Below, in pieces: positions 28,752-40,610 of a stretch of DNA of 64,000 bases. The DNA is from Eledone cirrhosa (lineage: Eukaryota). The notes beneath the pieces are model-generated. The model did not search any database. It saw only the letters and a program-made list of their open reading frames with translations, and was not told the origin of the DNA. A program made the translations under genes and the position numbers. How positions within the stretch are numbered: position 1 is the stretch's first letter; every line of letters begins with the position of its first letter. The stretch covers positions 152,148,001-152,212,000 of the forward strand of contig OZ024742.1 of assembly GCA_964016885.1 (NCBI GenBank). The letters are read 5' to 3'.

Positions 28752-29374
28752 CGTATATACACATATATAAAAGAAATATGCATTATATTAAAAATATACA
28801 TATAACATCATATAGAGATATATAAAAAAAGAAGAATGAGGAACGTGTGTGCGTATGAGATAGTACACAGGAGAAGTATGAGATATACAGAACATATAAT
28901 GTGTTACAAGATGGAATACGTTGAGAGTATGGACTCTCTATTGAAAAGATACACATACATGGGGGTGCGTGGACCGGCCATACTGGAGTATGTCACTGTG
29001 GTTGAGGTATATTGTCCTATAGGTGTAATGCATTTGGTTGAAAGTCAGTGGAATCCGGGTCAATGTGTCCCGGCTCAGGCAATGTTCTTGCCTAGGGTGA
29101 CGTGCAGATTCGGGTATGCATCTCGAGTTATTTCGGTTTACCCCACGGAGTATATATAGACATCAGGGTATGGTGTCTGATCCCTTGAACCCGTTGTGTT
29201 TCTTTATATGACATTGTGTATATATCCTATTTGTGTGTATATATATATGTATGTATATATCTTTGTAGGCGTGCGTGAGCCTGTATGTGAATATGCGCAT
29301 ATTTGTAAAAGTGCATATCAGCCAGTGTGTGTGTATGTGTGTGTACAACACCCAATGTAGGGAAAGAGCTTGTT

Positions 29375-29417
<43 letters not shown>

Positions 29418-29958
29418 CTGTGTGTGTGTTTGTGTGTTTGCGAGCGAGTCTGTATCTGTGCCTGTATATATGGACACGTGTGTGTATGTGCGTGTGCATG
29501 GGGGAAAAAGGAAGAAAAAAAGGGATGGGGTGTCTATATATATGTCTGTACGTGTTTGTGTATACGAGTATATATACGCGTATGTGTGTGTGTGCGCCTG
29601 TGCGTGTGTGTGCATATGTGTGTGTGAGTGCACGCGTGGACGTCTGAACTACCCCAAACCCAGTAGTAATTCATCGAAGTGTGGCAGAAACGCGAGAGCT
29701 GATCATGGTCAGTCGAATGACCTGTTGGTCAGAATTACGATGACGTAGAAAAACGGCAGCCAATAGCAGGACGCGCGAAGATAATGTTTTGACACCCCCA
29801 GTGAGAGAATTTGCTCCGAAATCATTAGACGTGTCCGTCGAACCTGCGGATCCAGAATCAGACAGATCCACACATTGATCGGGTCTCGAGCTGTCCCCCG
29901 CCGAAACAATTGTAACACACAATAAATTGAGTTCAGATGAATCACTAATTTTTCGTTT

Positions 29959-29965
<7 letters not shown>
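28010..29965. mobile_element. Diverged inverted-pLTR-type element with microsatellite-rich arms (about 28083-28690 versus 29410-29965)
   Basis: tataaaacgaaaaat..catctgaactcaatttattgtgtgttacaattgtttcg is mirrored at the right end. A related copy lies at about 45508-45742. Confidence 0.8.
29831..29918 (+). ncRNA. Degenerate HHR
   Basis: GUGU-(CCGUCGA)-...-GAAAC AAUU GUA-ACAC, then AAUAAA. The homologue at 45631-45721 minus has CGUGU-CUGAAAG..GAAAC AUUU GUA-AUACG. Confidence 0.5.
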
Positions 29966-30001
<36 letters not shown>

Positions 30002-30471
30002 TATAGATATATATATATATATATACACATAATATACGCACACATATATACATGCATATATATAAATATATATACTTATATATATATATATGTGTGTGTC
30101 TGTGTGTCTGTGTGTGTATGTCTGCGTGTGACTGTTTATGTGATTGTGTGTGCGCATATGTCTGTGTGTGTGATTGTGTATGTGTGTGTGTGTGCGTGTG
30201 TGTGTGCGTGTTAAGAAAATTTACCAATGTCTTCCCCGCCATCATATATCAACTATCTTTATGCTGCATCAATTGCTGCCAATCCTTCCCATTTCATATT
30301 TCCAATTTCTTTTTATCTCTGGTCAGGCTCAAACAATATTGAAATCCTTTCATAGGCTTTCACCGATGTCTCTTGTGGTTCATTAATTCCCCATGAAAAG
30401 CTTGTTTGAAGAAGCGGCAATCATTTAACTGTAATAAATTAACCGGCCTATCACAATCTACTTCCCTTTAT

Positions 30472-30663
30472 AATGGTTTCCGATTAAGGCACAAGGCCAA
30501 CAATTTTGTCCGACAGCAAAGTGGATTAAGTGCGTTACAGGTCCCTTATTTTATCGATCCCGTAAGGATGAACATTAAAGCTAACTTCGGAGGGATTTGA
30601 ACTCAAAACTCAAAATGCCGTAACTCTACGATGCTCTACCCATTGAGTTAATCCACCGCCCAC
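30472..30663 (-). mobile_element. SINE (family A)
   Basis: aggcacaaggccaacaa..ttttatcgatcccgtaaggatgaa..ggatttgaactca..aatccaccgccc. Confidence 0.8.
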
Positions 30664-30772
30664 TATTTCTTTTTATAATGCGTGTCTAGATAATTAGACT
30701 CCTCGACAGTCCAACCCTTTCATTTCAAGGTCATATTATCCCAAGCTCCATCCAGAAAACATCTTAAATATT

Positions 30773-30974
30773 TATGAGGGCCTGCTGAAAAGTTCATAGG
30801 TTTACTATGAAGGAATGATGCTAGAGCTGTGAGATCTTGCATGCATTAATTCCAATTCTTCTTATTAATAACTGCATTGTTTCTTTCTGGGGACTATGTT
30901 GAAAGATAAATCGCATTTAGTCATTCCATGCGAGTGTCTTTTTCAGCCGATGAACTTTTCAGCTGACCCTCGTA
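30773..30974. mobile_element. Tc1/mariner-type MITE (~200 bp) with TA target duplication
   Basis: TIRs ta-tgagggcctgctgaaaagttcat and atgaacttttcagctgaccctcg-ta. Confidence 0.85.
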
Positions 30975-32525
30975 TAGTGAAGCATTCATGAAAATGTATA
31001 TGACTTTTATTTGTAGTCCAGGCATACAGAATTATTGTAATTATGCATGCTCCACCAATCTCTAAGTAAGTCAAACGGTATAATAAAGTCAGTATATAGG
31101 CCGGAGACCACCCGAATCCCATTAGAATTAAGTGACTAAGTGCACGAATATCCCCGCCGAATCTGACGCCATTCCGTCGCATGAGTAACTCCTAGCTGCC
31201 GCTAATATGTTTTTGAAATAAAGCAACGGGAAATGAAACGCTATCTTCAAGTACACAACAAATTGCCTGCTTCAGGAATCGCCCCCATGACGTTAGTACT
31301 GTAAACTGTTTAAGCTAAATATGTACGCAGCTTAACTTAGTGTGATTCTACGTATAACATGCGTGATTTGAAACTACTGAAAACCACGTTTGCCTCCTAC
31401 CTAGACACTCCACCAAATTACCTAGTCGAAATCAGCAAAACCTGAAGATGTACCAACCAGATAAATAAACGGATGAATTACAGGTAGTTTCGTGTCATGT
31501 ACAAATATTACCGGCTCATAGAAAAACTTGAAAAGTTAAGGCTTTTTGTTTGCGACTAACATATCTTGAGTGCATTTAAAGTACTATAAACACAAAATAA
31601 GTCACTGACCCCAAAGTCATAATCTACAACATAGAGTTGATCTCTGTGAATTGAAGACTTAGAGTGCCATACGAAAAATAAACATTTATACACCAGTATC
31701 ACCGTAGCTGAATTGTAGTGTCCAGCTAACCTTCAGAACAATCTAGGCGGACAGTCTAATTCAGAATAATCCAAAGCAGAGTTTCGTTTTTTTTTTTATT
31801 AAGGCTAAGTAACGAGTCTTGTTACTCCGGAGTTTGATTAGTGTACTCACATGATCAGCAGACAAGTCTATAGTTAGATAGATAGATAAATGTGTTAATG
31901 TATGAGTGTGTGAATGTATGTGTATGTGTGTGTGTGTTTAGGCTAGGTACATGCGTGTGCATAATAAATCTCGAATTTATGTGTGCATTACTTATTATAT
32001 TCGTGCTCTTTTTGCCGAATCTTGAAGCAGCCGATGTCGCTGTTGTTATTGATGATGTTGTTATTGTAGCCGTTGTTGTCGTTGTTTATATCGATAACAT
32101 TGCTTGTTTGTTTGCAATGATAGTTATCAATGAAAGGAACTATAAACATATAAACTTATGTGATATCAGATGTAATATAGGTTTCAAACTTGAAGCGTAT
32201 TCCTACACAAGTTACATCGTCTTCTGCACTAATTTCACATGGAATCGATTTTCTAAGGAGAACTAAATGACTGGCAGCTGTTAGTCTGTTGAAGAACAGC
32301 ATCAAAGAATAGCCATTTTATCACTAACCCGTTACAGCCAGTACAGACATATTGTATTATTTTATTCAGTAGTTATTAGGTAGATTTTCAACGTTGTTAC
32401 ATCTATTGGTTCAATTTTATTTAATGTTTCATTTTTTTACTTTCTTGGCTTTTATTTTACTTTAAACGTATGTGTTATTTGCAACTCAACCTTCCTAATA
32501 TATTGGCACTAATGTAATTCAAAGT

Positions 32526-32596
<71 letters not shown>

Positions 32597-32635
32597 GTAT
32601 ATATATATGTATATATATATATATGTATATGTATA

Positions 32636-32666
<31 letters not shown>

Positions 32667-32889
32667 GTGTGTGATTCATGATCATAAGGTCGATGATTCA
32701 ACGCACAATGTGGAATTAGAGAGTGTTTATATTTGTATTGAAAGTTTGACCTAACATTTCACTACCAGCGGTTTCAAGACAAAGGGCCTTCTAAATAACA
32801 GATGTTCTCCAATATATCTTATGATTTACAAGTGCTTCACGTTACAACCACTGGTGGTGGTGTTGTAGGTAAAATGTTGATATGAGTAG

Positions 32890-33140
32890 ACCTAATGCAA
32901 ATCCAAGGCCTTCTCACTCTTGTTGGGGGAATTCCTTCCTAGTTCACCTCTACTACCTCCTATCTCCAGACATACTTGTCCATGTTGGGTGGAGGTATCG
33001 GGTCAGATTGTCACGCCATCTTGCCTTGGCAGTCCTCTAGTTCTTCTTCACAGCCTTCGTGTCCAAACTGTCGCCCTAATCGTACATCCGTTGTCCTTGA
33101 GACGAGAGATGTGGCCAGTCCATCTATGATTTCGCTTCTT
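32890..33140 (-). mobile_element. RTE-clade LINE 3' fragment
   Basis: Minus-strand translation KRNHRWTGHISRLKDNGCTIRATVWTRR..RTRGLPR resembles the RTE C-terminal W.GH..R..D.R...W....KR.RGRP motif. Confidence 0.7.
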
Positions 33141-33300
33141 GATGCTCTCAATTGTGTGATTGTGTGGTGCCATATACAGGGATTGAACTCGAAGCCAAGT
33201 ATTTGTGAATTTCATAACCAGACATAGCCCTATATATTATTCACACACACACACATACACACAGACATACAGGCGCGCACACACACACATATGTATAATA

Positions 33301-33377
<77 letters not shown>

Positions 33378-33383
<6 letters not shown>

Positions 33384-34141
33384 TTCAGGTTATCAATAAT
33401 GTAGTGATAATATATCGTCACGTTAGAGATGAACAGCGTACGTGTAAGTTTGCTCAACGAGTATAAATTATATTCCGGAGAAAATGTAGAAAAGATGAAT
33501 ATAAAATGAAAGTGCTTTTTTTTAAAAAGGAATTTGTTAGGTATTGACATATGTTTCTGTAACAGACGGAATACCTATGTATCGCTGCTTGCGTAATCAT
33601 ATAATGTTAGCAAGTATTCGATAGCAAATGTATAATCAGTTGTCACTTCTTCAGAGATATTGGATAAATTGGAAAAAATCAGAAAAATTGAAGTATTTAT
33701 ATTAGTTGTAATAAAGGAAGAAGAGAGGGGATAGTATATGACAGATGGCAATTCTATTTACTGGTAAACAAGTATATAAAGGGTTTCTAATGAGAATACA
33801 ATATACTCATTGTATTCATATACTCACAATACATATACTCATTATATTCTCATTAGAAACCCTTTATATACTTGTTTACCAGTAAATAGAATTACCATCT
33901 GCCATATACTATCCCCTCTCTTCTTATTACAACTAATATAAATACTTCAATTTTTCTGATTTTTTCCAATTTATCCAATATCTCTGAAGAAGTGACAACT
34001 GATTATACATTTGCTATCGAATACTTGCTAACATTATATGATTACGCAAGCAGCGATACATAGGTATTCCGTCTGTTACAGAAACATATGTCAATACCTA
34101 ATAAATTCCTTTAAAATAAAAAGTACTTTCATTTTATATTC

Positions 34142-34148
<7 letters not shown>
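33378..34148. mobile_element. Inverted-pLTR-type element: lead 33378-33489, arms 33490-33800 and 33843-34148, in (TA)n
   Basis: About 310-bp inverted arms. Same family as 60190-60609. Confidence 0.9.
33978..34097 (+). ncRNA. HHR-like motif with long stem-II loop (mirror copy about 33541-33660 minus)
   Basis: CUGAAGA-AGUGACA...UGUUACA-GAAAC AUAU GUC-AAUA. Stem I is imperfect. Confidence 0.6.
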
Positions 34149-34238
<90 letters not shown>

Positions 34239-34491
34239 GTAGAACACTGGAAGGTAATATCCGTAGTGGTAGAGCACTCAGTCCATGGGACGAGTTTGGT
34301 TGAAGTGGTTTCACAACAGTTAGTTCACCATATCGAGAATAATTGTTTCACCTTAGCGGATCCTCAACTCTTAAATAAATATATATATATATATATTTAT
34401 TTAAGAGTTAAACAAGATTCAATGAATGCATCATAGAATGAGTTTTACAATAGATTGGAAGCAGTCTACAGAAAATATTTTCCAGAGTTAT

Positions 34492-35151
34492 TAATATTAA
34501 TTCCAAATATTAACAAAATATATATTCTTGTGATCAATTATATTTTATTATACATATTTCAGAGGTACTGAATTAAGTTCAACAGTACGTCCACATCAGA
34601 TAAAATAAAATGATACATGACATACCCTGACATGGTAGATGGATAAGATATAATCAAGGTAGTGATTAACTTATGACAAAACTCAATATTTATACCCTAA
34701 TATTAAGAACATGAGAAACGTAATACAATCAATAGAAAGAGTGTGAGTAATATGATTTTAAGAAATACATGGCATCAATATAACAGTTATATAATTTTTA
34801 ATATTTAAAAACTACTAGAGAAATAGTAGGGAGAGGAAAGCATAGAGGAAGGGGTAACTTATTTAGTATTTAGCTTGAGAAGACAGATGAAAGATGAATT
34901 AAAGAGAGAAACAAAGGGGAGTAATTTATGCTCAAGTTTCTACACACACAGAGATTCATATATGGCATGTGCGTGTAGAAATCACTCCCTTGATTATATC
35001 TTAACCATCTACCATTTAGTATGTCATGTATCATTTTATTTTATCTGATTAGAACGTACTGTTGAACTTATTCAGTACCTCTGAAATATGTATAATAAAA
35101 TATAATTGATCACAAGAATATATATTTTGTTAATATTTGGAATTAATATTA
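34492..35151. mobile_element. Inverted-repeat element (arms about 34492-34667 and 34980-35151)
   Basis: About 175-bp reverse-complementary arms, each with an HHR, ending in (TA)n. Confidence 0.85.
35039..35100 (+). ncRNA. Minimal HHR, one core mutation (mirror copy 34543-34605 minus)
   Basis: UUUUAU-CUGAUUA (mirror: CUGAUGU)-GAACGUACUG..CAGUACCUCU-GAAA-UAUGUA-UA-AUAAAA. Confidence 0.7.
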
Positions 35152-35238
35152 TATATATATATATATATATAAGGTATTCCAGGTTGAATCGGAGGTAACC
35201 ACAGTAAGTAAGGTACGCAATACATAGCAGAGTATAAA

Positions 35239-35375
35239 AGTTTTAATATAGAAGAGCTTCTACAGGACTAGAACTATTTCATTCGTGAGAAATCATCAGG
35301 AAGCTGACAGCTTCCTGATGATTTCTCACGAATGAAACAGTTCTAGTCCTGTAGAAGCTCTTCTATATTAAAACT
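35239..35375. repeat. 137-bp palindrome (68-bp arms, 1-nt centre at 35307) consisting essentially of an HHR
   Basis: One mismatch between the arms. Confidence 0.95.
35309..35359 (+). ncRNA. Compact type I hammerhead ribozyme (mirror copy 35255-35305 minus)
   Basis: AGCUUC-CUGAUGA-UUUC UCAC GAAU-GAAA-CAG UUCUAGUC CUG-UA-GAAGCU. Predicted cut after A35353. Confidence 0.8.
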
Positions 35376-35444
<69 letters not shown>

Positions 35445-35449
<5 letters not shown>

Positions 35450-35745
35450 CAATTTCTAATTTTGAAAACCAAAACAATGCGTATGAAGAATGTTACATTC
35501 CCAAGAAAACAAACACCTTACTGTAGCAAATTTAACGATCCCAAATATTTTCGCATTTAAAAAACACTAAAGGAGTAACCCTATGAGAGACTGAACCCTA
35601 TAAGAGACATAAAAATCGATCGGATAGACTTGTTTGTTTGATAGCAGATTTAAGTTAAAATTTAACTTAAATCTGCTTCCAAACAAACAATTTAACATTC
35701 TTTATATGCATTGTTTTGATTTTCAAAATTTAAATTTGTGTTTCC
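35445..35745. repeat. ~50-bp inverted repeats enclosing a second ~60-bp hairpin (35630-35690)
   Basis: aaacacaa..aagaatgtta versus taacattctt..ttgtgttt. Inner ttgtttgtttg..gcagatttaagttaaa|atttaacttaaatctgc..caaacaaacaa. Confidence 0.8.
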
Positions 35746-35968
35746 TAAACAACAATGCTTCAAGCAAGCTACAGACCTCTGTTCGCATGCCAACACAAGA
35801 GCAGGAATGAAGTGTTCATTCTACTGAAATGACTATAAATTTGAGGCTTGTTTCCATAATTGCAAACAAATCGAATGTTATTATTGATATTCGAAGAACT
35901 CAGATTACATTTATTATATTCAGCCATGTAAGAGCGAAATTTTCTTTATATATATAAATATATATATG

Positions 35969-36034
<66 letters not shown>

Positions 36035-36089
36035 AACCAGTAAGACCCCGACGGCTGAGCTCAAGCCGTTTCGACGGCTAATTCTCATA

Positions 36090-36380
36090 TATAAGGAAAA
36101 AAGATGAAATTCGAAATGCAACTGGGGTCTTTTGCTATAAAAATATATATTTATTTGGTTCCTTTACCGGTTTCGCAGTTCTTCTGCTTTTCAAAAGTAG
36201 ATTTTAGATGGAGGGTTTGTGGTTTTTTCTCACATGTGTAGGAAAAACCACAAACCCTCCATCTCAATTCTACTTTTGAAAAGCAGAACAACTGCAAAAC
36301 CGGTAAACGAACCAAATAAATATATATTTTTATAAAAAAAGACCCCAGTTGCACTTTCGATCTCATCTTTTTTCTTTATA
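36090..36380. repeat. ~290-bp palindrome centred on cacatgtg (36231-36238)
   Basis: Diverged reverse-complementary arms with no spacer. Confidence 0.9.
36162..36197 (-). ncRNA. Minimal HHR, U3-A8 core variant
   Basis: CUU-UUGAAAA-GCAG AAGAA CUGC-GAAA-CCGG-UA-AAG. The mirror copy has GAAA changed to AAAA. Confidence 0.65.
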
Positions 36381-36720
36381 CTTTCACTCATGTAGGACAC
36401 CTCGTTTTTTTTTTCATTTTGTAAAAAAACCTCACTTTCTAATGCCTACAACATCGTGAATGTTATTATGTTAAAGAATACTTGTTTATGTATTATGGAA
36501 TAACTACGTTAGACTGACATAACCTAGCATTATATGCAGTGAAATGGAAATCTCTTAAATGTACATTGATTCCGCCACACAAATATTAATGAAGTTGCTT
36601 CAATACAGACCTACACATCTATGGACACACATACACACATATTATACAGGTAAACATGTCTGAACAGAAAAAGCATACACTTGCACAGAGATAGAGATAG
36701 ATAGAGAGAGAGAGTGTGTG

Positions 36721-36803
<83 letters not shown>

Positions 36804-38609
36804 CGAGCGATGCCTGCAGATATTGTTAAGAAATGTTTAGATATATAGAAACAATAAAATATTTGCTACCACAGGACTGAATATATATATAGTAGAGTTA
36901 AATATTCCATGTATTTCTTGGGGAGAAATTAGGTATATTTGATTTGATTTTTGACACCAAGTTCCTTCGTCAGTCGTCTGAATTTGATGCCGAAACGTCA
37001 AGATCTCAGCTGCCCGGCCTGACTCTACTATATTTACATTCTACCTCCCAAGTATCGAGTACTCTTACTGAGGCATTGATCAAATCTTTTTCTTAGTCCA
37101 TTTGCTGCTTTCTTTTCCAAAGCAGGAGGAGCATGAAAAGCAAAGCAAGCTGTTCGTAAAGAAAGCAAACGAATTGGATTGAATTTCCACGAGTTATTTT
37201 CGTTCGATGTATTGTTTTTCCGATGTGCCAAAATTATACACGCACACACGCGCTCACGCGTATGGGCAATTCTCCCCTTTATGCTGATTATATTTTGACG
37301 CATAAAATCCGCATAAATGTCCATTCTACCCTCCTATGTATACATGTACCATTGTTATTTTGTTCATCTTCTGTGGGTGTAGGCCATGTTGATGAGGTCT
37401 AACAAGATCAAAACAGGTTCGCTGCTTTCACCAGCTGACTATAAGGAGAGGGGGCCTTACCTAAATGCATTTTTTAATTTCACCCTGAATTCCTCATTCC
37501 CTATGTCCAGACAAACGGCCTCTATTTGTATATATACACTTCATGAAGATATTTTCCCCTCTACATTCTGTAACCAGCGCATAATTCCTTTCTCCTTTCG
37601 TATATATGTTGCCGAATTTGAGTCTAACCAACTCGCTGAGTATGCGTCATGTTTGTTGCTTTCATCAAGACATTGGTAAACGCGAGACGATAGTAGATGA
37701 CACTAGCGAAAAGGCAGTCACTTAGAACGACGTCCCGATTACATTTTTGCAAGGCGAAGGTCTTAACCAGACAACAGTATGTTTAAAGCAGCGTATATTA
37801 TAAATGCACTGTATTTACAAATTCAATATCTCACAGTCTTTGTAGTTAGTCTATTATTTTTCATATCCTTTACTTCATGTATTTCTATCTCCACTGAATA
37901 TAATATCAATTAAATGAAACGGCTTTGTAGTTGGCGATTCTTTAGATCGATTATTTCTGATAGTTCTATATGATGTTTGCTATCAATATGCTTCAGTTAG
38001 CAAGCACGTCATTAATTGCCGAACCTTCATAACGATATCTGCTCATTTGTTCGGGATAATTTTATTACTCTGTTTAGATGAACTAAAAAAGTACTGAATC
38101 ACCAACCAACAGACGTGGTCGTATAGTCAGAAATATTAGAGGTCTCCTGTTACATAATTCTAAACCACAACAATAATACTAAAATAATTATTGTGAAAAT
38201 AATAGAATATTACTGAATAAATATCCCCAGCTTCAAAGCCACTGTATCTTACATTGCGTCTTCATATGCCCATTATTCTAGTGTCTTCAAAGGATATTTC
38301 TTTTTAAAATGTCTTCAATATTCTTAACAATTAATCTACGCACCCTGTTGCAGAGCAGTTTTAGTATAATGCTTAGCGGTTGCACGAAATATACTTATCC
38401 ACAGGGAAAATAAACATATATCTTATAGAGATAGATACAACAGAAATATGAGAATATTATAGACTCCCCTGAATACCACAGATTATCATGCTTTGATATA
38501 TATGTTCCATGCAAATCTCCAATGATAGGATACCAGAGATCCACACATATTGACATAGTAGCCTTTACCACTCCATTTCTAGGACTCTCTTAATCAGGGT
38601 TTTATAGCT

Positions 38610-39990
38610 GGCACATAGATTTGGTTACATTAGCGACCAGGAATCCGAAGTCATTATGCATGCTCGAAAGGTCTTTCCGCTTAATAACGGGTTCCAGATT
38701 TTTTTTTTGTTTCGATATACGAGAGCACTGATATATGCGACCTGGTTGACTTATATATTCTTCGTAAACTTAGAATATATTCACGAAATACATTGCTTGT
38801 TTATACAGAGACGGAGCCCTTTGTTTATCACAATTGGGATGACCATTCCCTAGACATGTTCTGTAACGATTTAATAGAATACTTTTGCACTTTGTACTTA
38901 GCCGTACAATAGATAGACCCTCTCTAACACCAATTTACTTGATGTAAACTTAGACCTACACACAGCTTCTTATAAGCCTAATCTTAAATCCAACCAAAAA
39001 CTTAAATATATTAATAGAGGTTCCTATCAATCTCTGTAGATTTTCAAAATGTAGGCCATAGTATTAGTCGTACGATTCCTAACTGATTATCTACAATGGA
39101 GATATTTGAAAAGGCAACACCATATTACAAGAAGATCCTGCTAAATAACAGATTCAAACACAATATTAGGTACAAACATTACAAGCTACCACACTCACAC
39201 ATAACAAGTCTAAGAATAGGAATTCACTCCAACTCACTAAATGAAAAGAAAATGTAAGCAAGAATTTCGTAGAAGCGAGAGGTAAGCATTTCCCCCTCAA
39301 CATCGGAATAGCAAAATTTTCAGTAAGAAAACCGTTAAAATAAGCTATGCCCGCGACCCCTCCTTTTGTTAGAGACAGAAATGCAACATTAAATCTATAT
39401 TATATGGGACTAAATTGCACTCATTACCACCAAACACGGAATTGAAGATATGTTAGTATGGTACAAGACCGATTTAAACAACGCCTTTACGCACAAGTCT
39501 CTTTCTTTAGACATCTTGAGATGAAGACTACCACGGCCGTTGCCAAAACGAGTTAGTGAGAAATTCAGGAATCTACAGGAACTGACTTTTTTAAACAAAT
39601 ACCTGTATAGAAAAAACGAGGTTTTTAAGGGCACCGTACATCTCAATAATTTACTTTCATAATAGAAAAGCCATGACCCGTATATCGAGCCATCACAAAG
39701 TGTTACATCCACCATAATTCGGCATAATATCATTCTACACTGCACGACACCATTCCTTTTCTTTCTTTCTTGAAAACTTTAGGCTACACTAACAATTGAC
39801 AAAATTTCCTAACAAATAATTGATTACACACACAATCTAGCACTTATGGCAGACATACATATCACTTCACTAGCCTGAAGAACACACAAGACTCGCTTAC
39901 CTTCCCCTATGAATTAACGTAACCTTCTTTGAACATTGCACGATTACGTGCAGGCACGTGGTTTTTCAAACCTGTTTTTGTTTCGAAAGC
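38610..39990 (+). mobile_element. Heavily decayed Naiad-like PLE
   Basis: Segments ISDQESEVIMHARK, TNLLDVNLDLHTASYKP..KLKYINRGS and RFKQRLYAHK match the 14044-16054 protein. A CUGAAGA..GAAA remnant lies at about 39875-39980. Confidence 0.7.
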
Positions 39991-40039
39991 ACGTTCACAG
40001 ATGTGACACTTGAATTGTCTGTTTACTGGCATTGCCACC

Positions 40040-40610
40040 TGGGGTGTGAGTTCATGTATTCTATGCCCGGCTAGTCAACCAGCTGACTTGCAAATTAAGC
40101 CACACTCATTGTAAATGTACCGCGGAGAGCCTGGCGGTAGAAGCATCTCATAAGTGGCTCGATTTCTCCCTGGAGCGTGTGACTTTAGATGGTTGAAAAA
40201 CCAAGATCTTGATAGAAAATTTGGCCACATATGTTGCACCTCAATTCCAGCTGGAATTTTGCAGACGCTGCACTTACGGTGTGAACGCTTCAAAACAGCA
40301 CGTTCCACTCGATTTTTCTTGAAGACATCACATCCATAATTGATGAAAATTCTCCATATAAATCAGCCGATGTCTCCAAGTTCTCCATATAAATCTTTAA
40401 GTTTGTCTGTTATAACATCCTTAAACGACTTCTTTGATTTATGCTGTGGCCTTTTACCTCTTGTCAGCTCCTCATATAATAACTGTTCAGGCAGTCTACC
40501 ATCTTCCTTGCTGACCACATGACCAACATCTGGTTCATAATAATCCCACCCCCCCTCAATACTGGTGCTACCCGCATTCTCAAGTACAGCAGCGTCAGGC
40601 GTGTAAGAGA
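40040..40610 (-). mobile_element. RTE-clade LINE 3' fragment
   Basis: GHVVSKEDGRLPEQLLYEELTRGKRPQHKSKKSFKDVI and terminal C2H2-like remnants. Confidence 0.75.

Noticed and set aside
31892-32266. 124-aa ORF with a signal-peptide-like stretch
   Set aside because: It derives from (GT)n and GTT/GAT-rich low-complexity DNA, with no domain or splice support.
37034-37324. Possible host exon on the minus strand
   Set aside because: No recognisable motif or convincing splice-site pair. It cannot be supported without RNA data.
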